NCBI RefSeq assembly: GCF_009914755.1
Contig: NC_060927.1
Length of the DNA: 64,000 nt
Direction: 5' to 3' (one strand)
From: the human T2T-CHM13v2.0 reference genome, Homo sapiens
Below are positions 46,801-61,240 of the stretch, in pieces (positions within the stretch are counted from its first letter, which is position 1; every line of letters begins with the position of its first letter). A program made the position numbers and the translations under genes. The notes under the pieces are model-generated. The model was given only the letters and a program-made list of their open reading frames with translations, had not been told where the DNA came from and did not search any database.

Positions 46801-48999
46801 TGAAAGTACATCAAATATAGATTATATACTGTACATATAATATCAATGTACCCGAAATATATATTTTATACTCTACATGAAATATCAAAGTTCACAAACC
46901 ATATATTGTATACTGCACATAAAATATCAAAATACACAAGGTATATATTCTATACTGTACAAAAAATATCAAAGTACCCAAAGCAGGTATTATATACTGT
47001 ATATAAAATATGAAAGTACATCAAATATATATTTTATTCTGTACATAAAATATCAAAGTACACCAGATATATATTCTATAGTGTACATAAAATATAAAGG
47101 TACCCAAACTATATATTATATACTGTACATAAAATATGAAATTACAGCAAATATATATTATATTAGGTACATAAAATATGAAAGTACATCAAATATAGAT
47201 TATATACTGTACATTAAATACCAAAGTACCCCAAATATATATTTTATACTGTACATGAAATATCAAAGTTCACAAACTATATATTATATACTGTACATAA
47301 AATATCAATGTACCCAAGGTATATATTCTATACTGCAAAAAAATTTCAAAGTACCCAAAGCATGTATTATATACTGTATATAAAATATGAAAGTACATCA
47401 AATATATATTTTATTCTGTACATAAAATATCAAAGTACACCAGATATATATTCTATAGCGTACATAAAATATCAAAGCACACAAACTATACATTATATAC
47501 TGTACATAAAATATGAAATTACATCAAATATATATTATATTAGGTACATAAAATATGAAAGTACATCAAATATAGATTATATACTGTAAATATAATATCA
47601 ATGTACCCCAAATATATATTTTATACTCTACATGAAATATCAAAGTTCACAAACCATATATTATATACTGTACATAAAATATCAAAGTACCCAAGGTATA
47701 TATTCTATACTGTACAAAAAATATCAAAGTACCCAAAGCATGTATTATATACTGTACATAAAATATGAAAGTACATCAAATATATATTTTATTCTGTACA
47801 TAAAATATCAAAGTACACCAGATATATATTCTATAGTGTACATAAAATATCAAAGTACCCAAACTATACATTATATACTGTACATAAAATATGAAATTAC
47901 ATCAAATATATATTATATTAGGTAAATGAAATATGAAAGTACATCAAATATAGATTATATACTGTACATAAAATATGAAAGTACCCCAAATATATATTAT
48001 ATACTCTACATGAAATATCAAAGTTCACAAACTATATATTATGTACTGTACATAAAATATCAAAGTACCCAAGGTATATATTCTATACTGTACAAAAAAT
48101 ATCAAAGTATCCAAAGCATGTATTATATACTGTATATAAAATATGAAAGTACATCAAATATATATTTTATTCTGTACATAAAATATCAAAGTACACCAGA
48201 TATATATTCTATAGTGTACATAAAATATCAAAGTACCCAAACTATACATTATATACTGTACATAAAATATGAAATTACAGCAAATATATATTATATTAGG
48301 TACATAAAATATGAAAGTACATCAAATATAGATTATATACTCTACATTAAATACCAAAGTACCCCAAATATATATTTTATACTGTACATGAAATATCAAA
48401 GTTCACAAACTATATATTATATACTGTACATAAAATATCAATGTACCCAAGGTATATATTCTATACTGCACAAAAAATATCAAAGTACCCAAAGCATGTA
48501 TTATATACTGTATATAAAATATGAAAGTACATCAAATATATATTTTATTCTGTACATAAAATATCAAAGTACACCAGATATATATTCTATAGTGTACATA
48601 AAATATCAAAGTACCCAAACTATACATTATATACTGTACATAAAATATGAAATTACATCAAATATATATTATATTAGGTACATAAAATACGAAAGTACAT
48701 CAAATATAGATTATATACTGTACATAAAATATGAAAGTACCCCAATATATATTATATACTCTACATGAAATATCAAAGTTCACAAACTATATATTATGTA
48801 CTGTACATAAAATATCAAACTACCCAAGGTATATATTCTATACTGTACAAAAAATATCAAAGTACCCAAAGCATGTATTATATAATGTACATAAAATATG
48901 AAAGTACATCAAATATATATTTTATTCTGTACATAAAATATCAAAGAACACCAGATATATATTCTATAGTGTACATAAAATATCAAAGTACCCAAACTA

Positions 49000-51900
49000 T
49001 ACATTATATACTGTACATAAAATATGAAATTACAGCAAATATATATTATATTAGGTACATAAAATATGAAAGTACATCAAATATAGATTATATACTGTAC
49101 ATTAAATACCAAAGTACCCCAAATATATATTTTATACTGTACATGAAATATCAAAGTTCACAAACTATATATTATATACTGTACATAAAATATCAATGTA
49201 CCCAAGGTATATATTCTATACTGCACAAAAAATATCAAAGTACCCAAAGCATGTATTATATACTGTATATAAAATATGAAAGTACATCAAATATATATTT
49301 TATTCTGTACATAAAATATCAAAGTACACCAGATATATATTCTATAGTGTACATAAAATAACAAAGTACACAAACTATAAATTATATCCTGTACATAAAA
49401 TATGAAATTACATCAAATATATATTAGGTACATAAAATATGAAAGTACATCAAATATAGATTATATACTGTACATTAAGTACCAAAGTACACCAAATATA
49501 TATTTTATTCTGTACATAAAATATCAAAGTACACCAGATATATATTCTATAGTGTACATAAAATATCAAAGTACCCAAACTATACATTATATACTGTACA
49601 TAAAATATGAAATTACATCAAATATATATTATATTAGGTAAATGAAATATGAAAGTACAACAAATATAGATTATATACTGTACATAAAATATGAAAGTAC
49701 CCCAAATATATATTATATACTCTACATGAAATATCAAAGTTCACAAACTATATATTATGTACTGTACATAAAATATCAAAGTACCCAAGGTATATATTCT
49801 ATACTGTACAAAAAATATCAAAGTATCCAAAGCATGTATTATATACTGTATATAAAATATGAAAGTACATCAAATATATATTTTATTCTGTACATAAAAT
49901 ATCAAAGTACACCAGATATATATTCTATAGTGTACATAAAATATCAAAGTACCCAAACTATACATTATATACTGTACATAAAATATGAAATTACAGCAAA
50001 TATATATTATATTAGGTACATAAAATATGAAAGTACATCAAATATAGATTATATACTCTACATTAAATACCAAAGTACCCCAAATATATATTTTATACTG
50101 TACATGAAATATCAAAGTTCACAAACTATATATTATATACTGTACATAAAATATCAATGTACCCAAGGTATATATTCTATACTGCACAAAAAATATCAAA
50201 GTACCCAAAGCATGTATTATATACTGTATATAAAATATGAAAGTACATCAAATATATATTTTATTCTGTACATAAAATATCAAAGTACACCAGATATATA
50301 TTCTATAGTGTACATAAAATATCAAAGTACCCAAACTATACATTATATACTGTACATAAAATATGAAATTACATCAAATATATATTATATTAGGTACATA
50401 AAATACGAAAGTACATCAAATATAGATTATATACTGTACATAAAATATGAAAGTACCCCAATATATATTATATACTCTACATGAAATATCAAAGTTCACA
50501 AACTATATATTATGTACTGTACATAAAATATCAAACTACCCAAGGTATATATTCTATACTGTACAAAAAATATCAAAGTACCCAAAGCATGTATTATATA
50601 ATGTACATAAAATATGAAAGTACATCAAATATATATTTTATTCTGTACATAAAATATCAAAGAACACCAGATATATATTCTATAGTGTACATAAAATATC
50701 AAAGTACCCAAACTATACATTATATACTGTACATAAAATATGAAATTACATCATATATATATTAGGTACATAAAATATGAAAGTACATCAAATATATATT
50801 TTATTCTGTACATAAAATATCAAAGTACACCAGATATATATTCTATAGTGTACATAAAATAACAAAGTACACAAACTATAAAATATATACTGTACATAAA
50901 ATATGAAATTACATCAAATATATATTAGGTACATAAAATATGAAAGTACATCAAATATAGATTATATACTGTACATATAATATCAATGTACCCGAAATAT
51001 ATATTTTATACTCTACATGAAATATCAAAGTTCACAAACCATATATTGTATACTGCACATAAAATATCAAAATACACAAGGTATATATTCTATACTGTAC
51101 AAAAAATATCAAAGTACCCAAAGCAGGTATTATATACTGTATATAAAATATGAAAGTACATCAAATATATATTTTATTCTGTACATAAAATATCAAAGTA
51201 CACCAGATATATATTCTATAGTGTACATAAAATATCAAGGTACCCAAACTATATATTATATACTGTACATAAAATATGAAATTACAGCAAATATATATTA
51301 TATTAGGTACATAAAATATGAAAGTACATCAAATATAGATTATATACTGTACATTAAATACCAAAGTACCCCAAATATATATTTTATACTGTACATGAAA
51401 TATCAAAGTTCACAAACTATATATTATATACTGTACATAAAATATCAATGTACCCAAGGTATATATTCTATACTGCACAAAAAATATCAAAGTACCCAAA
51501 GCATGTATTATATACTGTATATAAAATATGAAAGTACATCAAATATATATTTTATTCTGTACATAAAATGTCAAAGTCCACCAGATATATATTCTATAGT
51601 GTACATAAAATATCAAAGTACCCAAACTATACATTATATACTGTACATAAAATATGAAATTACATCAAATATATATTAAGTACATAAAATATGAAAGTAC
51701 ATCAAATATAGATTATATAGTGTACATAAAATATCAATGTACACCAAATATATATTATATACTCTACATGAAATATCAAAGTTCACAAACTATATATTAT
51801 ATACTGTCCATAAAATATCAAAGTACCCAAGGTATATATTTTATACTGTACAAAAAATATCAAAGTACCCAAAGCATGTATTATACACTATACCTAAAAT

Positions 51901-54900
51901 ATGAAAGTACATCAAATATATATTTTATTCTGTACATAAAATATCAAAGTACACCAGATATATATTCTACAGTGTATATAAAATATCAAAGTACCCAAAC
52001 TATACATTATATACTGTACATAAAATATGAAATTACATCAAATATATATTTTATTCTGTACATAAAATGTCAAAGTACACCAGATATATATTCTATAGTG
52101 TACATAAAATATCAAAGTACCCAAACTATACATTATATACTGTACATAAAATATGAAATTACATCAAATATATATTAAGTACATAAAATATGAAAGTACA
52201 TCAAATATAGATTATATAGTGTACATAAAATATCAATGTACACCAAATATATATTATATACTCTACATGAAATATCAAAGTTCACAAACTATATATTATA
52301 TACTGTCCATAAAATATCAAAGTACCCAAGGTATATATTTTATACTGTACAAAAAATATCAAAGTACCCAAAGCATGTATTATATACTATACCTAAAATA
52401 TGAAAGTACATCAAATATATATTTTATTCTGTACATAAAATATCAAAGTACACCAGATATATATTCTACAGTGTATATAAAATATCAAAGTACCCAAACT
52501 ATACATTATATACTGTACATAAAATATGAAATTACATCAAATATATATTATATTAGGTACATAAAATATGAAAGTACATGAAGTATAGATTATATACTGT
52601 ACATAAAATATCAAAGTACCCCAAATTTATATTATATACTATACATGAAATATCAAAGTTCACAAACTATATATTATATACTGTACATAAAATATCAAAG
52701 TACCCAAGGTATATATTCTATAGTGTACAAAAAATATCAAAGTACCCAAAGCATGTATTATATACCGTACGTAAAATATAAAATTACATCAAATATATAT
52801 TTTATTCTGTACATAAAATATCAAAGTACACCAGATATATATACTATAGTGTACATAAAATATCAAAGTACCCAAACTATACATTATACACTGCACATAA
52901 AATATGAAATTACATCAAATATATATTAGGTACATAAAATATGAAAGTACATCAAATATAGATTATATACTGTAAATATAATATCAATGTACCCCAAATA
53001 TATATTTTATACTCTACATGAAATATCAAAGTTCACAAACCATATATTATATACTGTACATAAAATATCAAAGTACCCAAGGTATATATTCTATACTGTA
53101 CAAAAAATATCAAAGTACCCAAAGCATGTATTATATACTGTACATAAAATATGAAAGTACATCAAATATATATTTTATTCTGTACATAAAATATCAAAGT
53201 ACACCAGATATATATTCTATAGTGTACATAAAATAACAAAGTACACAAACTATAAATTATATCCTGTACATAAAATATGAAATTACATCAAATATATATT
53301 AGGTACATAAAATATGAAAGTACATCAAATATAGATTATATACTGTACATTAAGTACCAAAGTACACCAAATATATATTTTATTCTGTACATAAAATATC
53401 AAAGTACACCAGATATATATTCTATAGTGTACATAAAATATCAAAGTACCCAAACTATACATTATATACTGTACATAAAATATGAAATTACAGCAAATAT
53501 ATATTATATTAGGTAAATGAAATATGAAAGTACATCAAATATAGATTATATACTGTACATAAAATATGAAAGTACCCCAAATATATATTATATACTCTAC
53601 ATGAAATATCAAAGTTCACAAACTATATATTATATACTGTACATAAAATATCAAAGTACCCAAGGTATATACTCTATACTGTACAAAAAATATCAAAGTA
53701 TCCAAAGCATGTATTATATACTGTATATAAAATATGAAAGTACATCAAATATATATTTTATTCTGTACATAAAATATCAAAGTACACCAGATATATATTC
53801 TATAGTGTACATAAAATATCAAAGTACCCAAACTATACATTATATACTGTACATAAAATATGAAATTACAGCAAATATATATTATATTAGGTACATAAAA
53901 TATGAAAGTACATCAAATATAGATTATATACTGTACATTAAATACCAAAGTACCCCAAATATATATTTTATACTGTACATGAAATATCAAAGTTCACAAA
54001 CTATATATTATATACTGTACATAAAATATCAATGTACCCAAGGTATATATTCTATACTGCACAAAAAATATCAAAGTACCCAAAGCATGTATTATATACT
54101 GTATATAAAATATGAAAGTACATCAAATATATATTTTATTCTGTACATAAAATATCAAAGTACACCAGATATATATTCTATAGTGTACATAAAATATCAA
54201 AGTACCCAAACTATACATTATATACTGTACATAAAATATGAAATTACATCAAATATATATTAGGTACATAAAATATGAAAGTACATCAAATATAGATTAT
54301 ATACTGTACATTAAGTACCAAAGTACACCAAATATATATTTTATTCTGTACATAAAATATCAAAGTACACCAGATATATATTCTATAGTGTACATAAAAT
54401 ATCAAAGTACCCAAACTATACATTATATACTGTACATAAAATATGAAATTACATCAAATATATATTATATTAGGTAAATGAAATATGAAAGTACATCAAA
54501 TATAGATTATATACTGTACATAAAATATGAAAGTACCCCAAATATATATTATATACTCTACATGAAATATCAAAGTTCACAAACTATATATTATATACTG
54601 TACATAAAATATCAAAGTACCCAAGGTATATATTCTATACTGTACAAAAAATATCAAAGTATCCAAAGCATGTATTATATACTGTATATAAAATATGAAA
54701 GTACATCAAATATATATTTTATTCTGTACATAAAATATCAAAGTACACCAGATATATATTCTATAGTGTACATAAAATATCAAAGTACCCAAACTATACA
54801 TTATATACTGTACATAAAATATGAAATTACAGCAAATATATATTATATTAGGTACATAAAATATGAAAGTACATCAAATATAGATTATATACTCTACATT

Positions 54901-57900
54901 AAATACCAAAGTACCCCAAATATATATTTTATACTGTACATGAAATATCAAAGTTCACAAACTATATATTATATACTGTACATAAAATATCAATGTACCC
55001 AAGGTATATATTCTATACTGCACAAAAAATATCAAAGTACCCAAAGCATGTATTATATACTGTATATAAAATATGAAAGTACATCAAATATATATTTTAT
55101 TCTGTACATAAAATATCAAAGTACACCAGATATATATTCTATAGTGTACATAAAATATCAAAGTACCCAAACTATACATTATATACTGTACATAAAATAT
55201 GAAATTACATCAAATATATATTATATTAGGAACATAAAATACGAAAGTACATCAAATATAGATTATATACTGTACATAAAATATGAAAGTACCCCAATAT
55301 ATATTATATACTCTACATGAAATATCAAAGTTCACAAACTATATATTATGTACTGTACATAAAATATCAAACTACCCAAGGTATATATTCTATACTGTAC
55401 AAAAAATATCAAAGTACCCAAAGCATGTATTATATAATGTACATAAAATATGAAAGTACATCAAATATATATTTTATTTGTACATAAAATATCAAAGAAC
55501 ACCAGATATATATTCTATAGTGTACATAAAATATCAAAGTACCCAAACTATACATTATATACTGTACATAAAATATGAAATTACATCATATATATATTAG
55601 GTACATAAAACATGATAGTACATCAAATATATATTTTATTCTGTACATAAAATATCAAAGTACACCAGATATATATTCTATAGTGTACATAAAATAACAA
55701 AGTACACAAACTATAAAATATATACTGTACATAAAATATGAAATTACATCAAATATATATTAGGTACATAAAATATGAAAGTACATCAAATATAGATTAT
55801 ATACTGTACATATAATATCAATGTACCCGAAATATATATTTTATACTCTACATGAAATATCAAAGTTCACAAACCATATATTGTATACTGCACATAAAAT
55901 ATCAAAATACACAAGGTATATATTCTATACTGTACAAAAAATATCAAAGTACCCAAAGCAGGTATTATATACTGTATATAAAATATGAAAGTACATCAAA
56001 TATATATTTTATTCTGTACATAAAATATCAAAGTACACCAGATATATATTCTATAGTGTACATAAAATATCAAGGTACCCAAACTATATATTATATACTG
56101 TACATAAAATATGAAATTACAGCAAATATATATTATATTAGGTACATCAAATATGAAAGTACATCAAATATAGATTATATACTGTACATTAAATACCAAA
56201 GTACCCCAAATATATATTTTATACTGTACATGAAATATCAAAGTTCACAAACTATATATTATATACTGTACATAAAATATCAATGTACCCAAGGTATATA
56301 TTCTATACTGCACAAAAAATATCAAAGTACCCAAAGCATGTATTATATACTGTATATAAAATATGAAAGTACATCAAATATATATTTTATTCTGTACATA
56401 AAATGTCAAAGTACACCAGATATATATTCTATAGTGTACATAAAATATCAAAGTACCCAAACTATACATTATATACTGTACATAAAATATGAAATTACAT
56501 CAAATATATATTAAGTACATAAAATATGAAAGTACATCAAATATAGATTATATAGTGTACATAAAATATCAATGTACACCAAATATATATTATATACTCT
56601 ACATGAAATATCAAAGTTCACAAACTATATATTATATACTGTCCATAAAATATCAAAGTACCCAAGGTATATATTTTATACTGTACAAAAAATATCAAAG
56701 TACCCAAAGCATGTATTATACACTATACCTAAAATATGAAAGTACATCAAATATATATTTTATTCTGTACATAAAATATCAAAGTACACCAGATATATAT
56801 TCTACAGTGTATATAAAATATCAAAGTACCCAAACTATACATTATATACTGTACATAAAATATGAAATTACATCAAATATATATTTTATTCTGTACATAA
56901 AATGTCAAAGTACACCAGATATATATTCTATAGTGTACATAAAATATCAAAGTACCCAAACTATACATTATATACTGTACATAAAATATGAAATTACATC
57001 AAATATATATTAAGTACATAAAATATGAAAGTACATCAAATATAGATTATATAGTGTACATAAAATATCAATGTACACCAAATATATATTATATACTCTA
57101 CATGAAATATCAAAGTTCACAAACTATATATTATATACTGTCCATAAAATATCAAAGTACCCAAGGTATATATTTTATACTGTACAAAAAATATCAAAGT
57201 ACCCAAAGCATGTATTATATACTATACCTAAAATATGAAAGTACATCAAATATATATTTTATTCTGTACATAAAATATCAAAGTACACCAGATATATATT
57301 CTACAGTGTATATAAAATATCAAAGTACCCAAACTATACATTATATACTGTACATAAAATATGAAATTACATCAAATATATATTATATTAGGTACATAAA
57401 ATATGAAAGTACATGAAGTATAGATTATATACTGTACATAAAATATCAAAGTACCCCAAATTTATATTATATACTATACATGAAATATCAAAGTTCACAA
57501 ACTATATATTATATACTGTACATAAAATATCAAAGTACCCAAGGTATATATTCTATAGTGTACAAAAAATATCAAAGTACCCAAAGCATGTATTATATAC
57601 CGTACGTAAAATATAAAATTACATCAAATATATATTTTATTCTGTACATAAAATATCAAAGTACACCAGATATATATACTATAGTGTACATAAAATATCA
57701 AAGTACCCAAACTATACATTATACACTGCACATAAAATATGAAATTACATCAAATATATATTAGGTACATAAAATATGAAAGTACTTCAAATATAGATTA
57801 TATACTGTAAATATAATATCAATGTACCCCAAATATATATTTTATACTCTACATGAAATATCAAAGTTCACAAACCATATATTATATACTGTAAATAAAA

Positions 57901-60900
57901 TATCAAAGTACCCAAGGTATATATTCTATACTGTACAAAAAATATCAAAGTACCCAAAGCATGTATTATATACTGTACATAAAATATGAAAGTACATCAA
58001 ATATATATTTTATTCTGTACATAAAATATCAAAGTACACCAGATATATATTCTATAGTGTACATAAAATAACAAAGTACACAAACTATAAATTATATCCT
58101 GTACATAAAATATGAAATTACATCAAATATATATTAGGTACATAAAATATGAAAGTACATCAAATATAGATTATATACTGTACATTAAGTACCAAAGTAC
58201 ACCAAATATATATTTTATTCTGTACATAAAATATCAAAGTACACCAGATATATATTCTATAGTGTACATAAAATATCAAAGTACCCAAACTATACATTAT
58301 ATACTGTACATAAAATATGAAATTACAGCAAATATATATTATATTAGGTAAATGAAATATGAAAGTACATCAAATATAGATTATATACTGTACATAAAAT
58401 ATGAAAGTACCCCAAATATATATTATATACTCTACATGAAATATCAAAGTTCACAAACTATATATTATATACTGTACATAAAATATCAAAGTACCCAAGG
58501 TATATATTCTATACTGTACAAAAAATATCAAAGTATCCAAAGCATGTATTATATACTGTATATAAAATATGAAAGTACATCAAATATATATTTTATTCTG
58601 TACATAAAATATCAAAGTACACCAGATATATATTCTATAGTGTACATAAAATATCAAAGTACCCAAACTATACATTATATACTGTACATAAAATATGAAA
58701 TTACAGCAAATATATATTATGTTAGGTACATAAAATATGAAAGTACATCAAATATAGATTATATACTGTACATTAAATACCAAAGTACCCCAAATATATA
58801 TTTTATACTGTACATGAAATATCAAAGTTCACAAACTATATATTATATACTGTACATAAAATATCAATGTACCCAAGGTATATATTCTATACTGCACAAA
58901 AAATATCAAAGTACCCAAAGCATGTATTATATACTGTATATAAAATATGAAAGTACATCAAATATATATTTTATTCTGTACATAAAATATCAAAGTACAC
59001 CAGATATATATTCTATAGTGTACATAAAATAACAAAGTACCCAAACTATACATTATATACTGTACATAAAATATGAAATTACATCAAATATATATTAGGT
59101 ACATAAAATATGAAAGTACATCAAATATAGATTATATACTGTACATTAAGTACCAAAGTACACCAAATATATATTTTATTCTGTACATAAAATATCAAAG
59201 TACACCAGATACATATTCTATAGTGTACATAAAATATCAAAGTACCCAAACTATACATTATATACTGTACATAAAATATGAAATTACATCAAATATATAT
59301 TATATTAGGTAAATGAAATATGAAAGTACATCAAATATAGATTATATACTGTACATAAAATATGAAAGTACCCCAAATATATATTATATACTCTACATGA
59401 AATATCAAAGTTCACAAACTATATATTATATACTGTACATAAAATATCAAAGTACCCAAGGTATATATTCTATACTGTACAAAAAATATCAAAGTATCCA
59501 AAGCATGTATTATATACTGTATATAAAATATGAAAGTACATCAAATATATATTTTATTCTGTACATAAAATATCAAAGTACACCAGATATATATTCTATA
59601 GTGTACATAAAATATCAAAGTACCCAAACTATACATTATATACTGTACATAAAATATGAAATTACAGCAAATATATATTATATTAGGTACATAAAATATG
59701 AAAGTACATCAAATATAGATTATATACTCTACATTAAATACCAAAGTACCCCAAATATATATTTTATACTGTACATGAAATATCAAAGTTCACAAACTAT
59801 ATATTATATACTGTACATAAAATATCAATGTACCCAAGGTATATATTCTATACTGCACAAAAAATATCAAAGTACCCAAAGCATGTATTATATACTGTAT
59901 ATAAAATATGAAAGTACATCAAATATATATTTTATTCTGTACATAAAATATCAAAGTACACCAGATATATATTCTATAGTGTACATAGAATATCAAAGTA
60001 CCCAAACTATACATTATATACTGTACATAAAATATGAAATTACATCAAATATATATTATATTAGGTACATAAAATACGAAAGTACATCAAATATAGATTA
60101 TATACTGTACATAAAATATGAAAGTACCCCAATATATATTATATACTCTACATGAAATATCAAAGTTCACAAACTATATATTATGTACTGTACATAAAAT
60201 ATCAAAGTACCCAAGGTATATATTCTATACTGTACAAAAAATATCAAAGTACCCAAAGCATGTATTATATAATGTAAATAAAATATGAAAGTACATCAAA
60301 TATATATTTTATTCTGTACATAAAATATCAAAGAACACCAGATATATATTCTATAGTGTACATAAAATATCAAAGTACCCAAACTATACATTATATACTG
60401 TACATAAAATATGAAATTACATCATATATATATTAGGTACATAAAATATGAAAGTACATCAAATATATATTTTATTCTGTACATAAAATATCAAAGTACA
60501 CCAGATATATATTCTATAGTGTACATAAAATAACAAAGTACACAAACTATAAAATATATACTGTACATAAAATATGAAATTACATCAAATATATATTAGG
60601 TACATAAAATATGAAAGTACATCAAATATAGATTATATACTGTACATATAATATCAATGTACCCGAAATATATATTTTATACTCTACATGAAATATCAAA
60701 GTTCACAAACCATATATTGTATACTGCACATAAAATATCAAAATACACAAGGTATATATTCTATACTGTACAAAAAATATCAAAGTACCCAAAGCAGGTA
60801 TTATATACTGTATATAAAATATGAAAGTACATCAAATATATATTTTATTCTGTACATAAAATATCAAAGTACACCAGATATATATTCTATAGTGTACATA

Positions 60901-61240
60901 AAATATCAAGGTACCCAAACTATATATTATATACTGTACATAAAATATGAAATTACAGCAAATATATATTATATTAGGTACATAAAATATGAAAGTACAT
61001 CAAATATAGATTATATACTGTACATTAAATACCAAAGTACCCCAAATATATATTTTATACTGTACATGAAATATCAAAGTTCACAAACTATATATTATAT
61101 ACTGTACATAAAATATCAATGTACCCAAGGTATATATTCTATACTGCATAAAAAATATCAAAGTACCCAAAGCATGTATTATATACTGTATATAAAATAT
61201 GAAAGTACATCAAATATATATTTTATTCTGTACATAAAAT
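49000..61240 (+). repeat. About 2.5 tandem copies of a 4835/4836-bp super-repeat (11 HOR units, 116 monomers)
   Basis: Offsets 49402->54238->59073, 49642->54478->59313, 51017->55852->60688 and 51654->56489 are all 4835 or 4836. Confidence 0.88.
51768..52266 (+). repeat. 499-bp 12-monomer HOR variant (local 499-bp tandem duplication); second copy at 56603-57101
   Basis: ORF starts 51654/52153 and 56489/56988 differ by 499 (12 x 42 - 5). The markers aatgtcaaag, attaagtac, ctgtccat and tacctaaaa occur twice in tandem. Confidence 0.88.
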
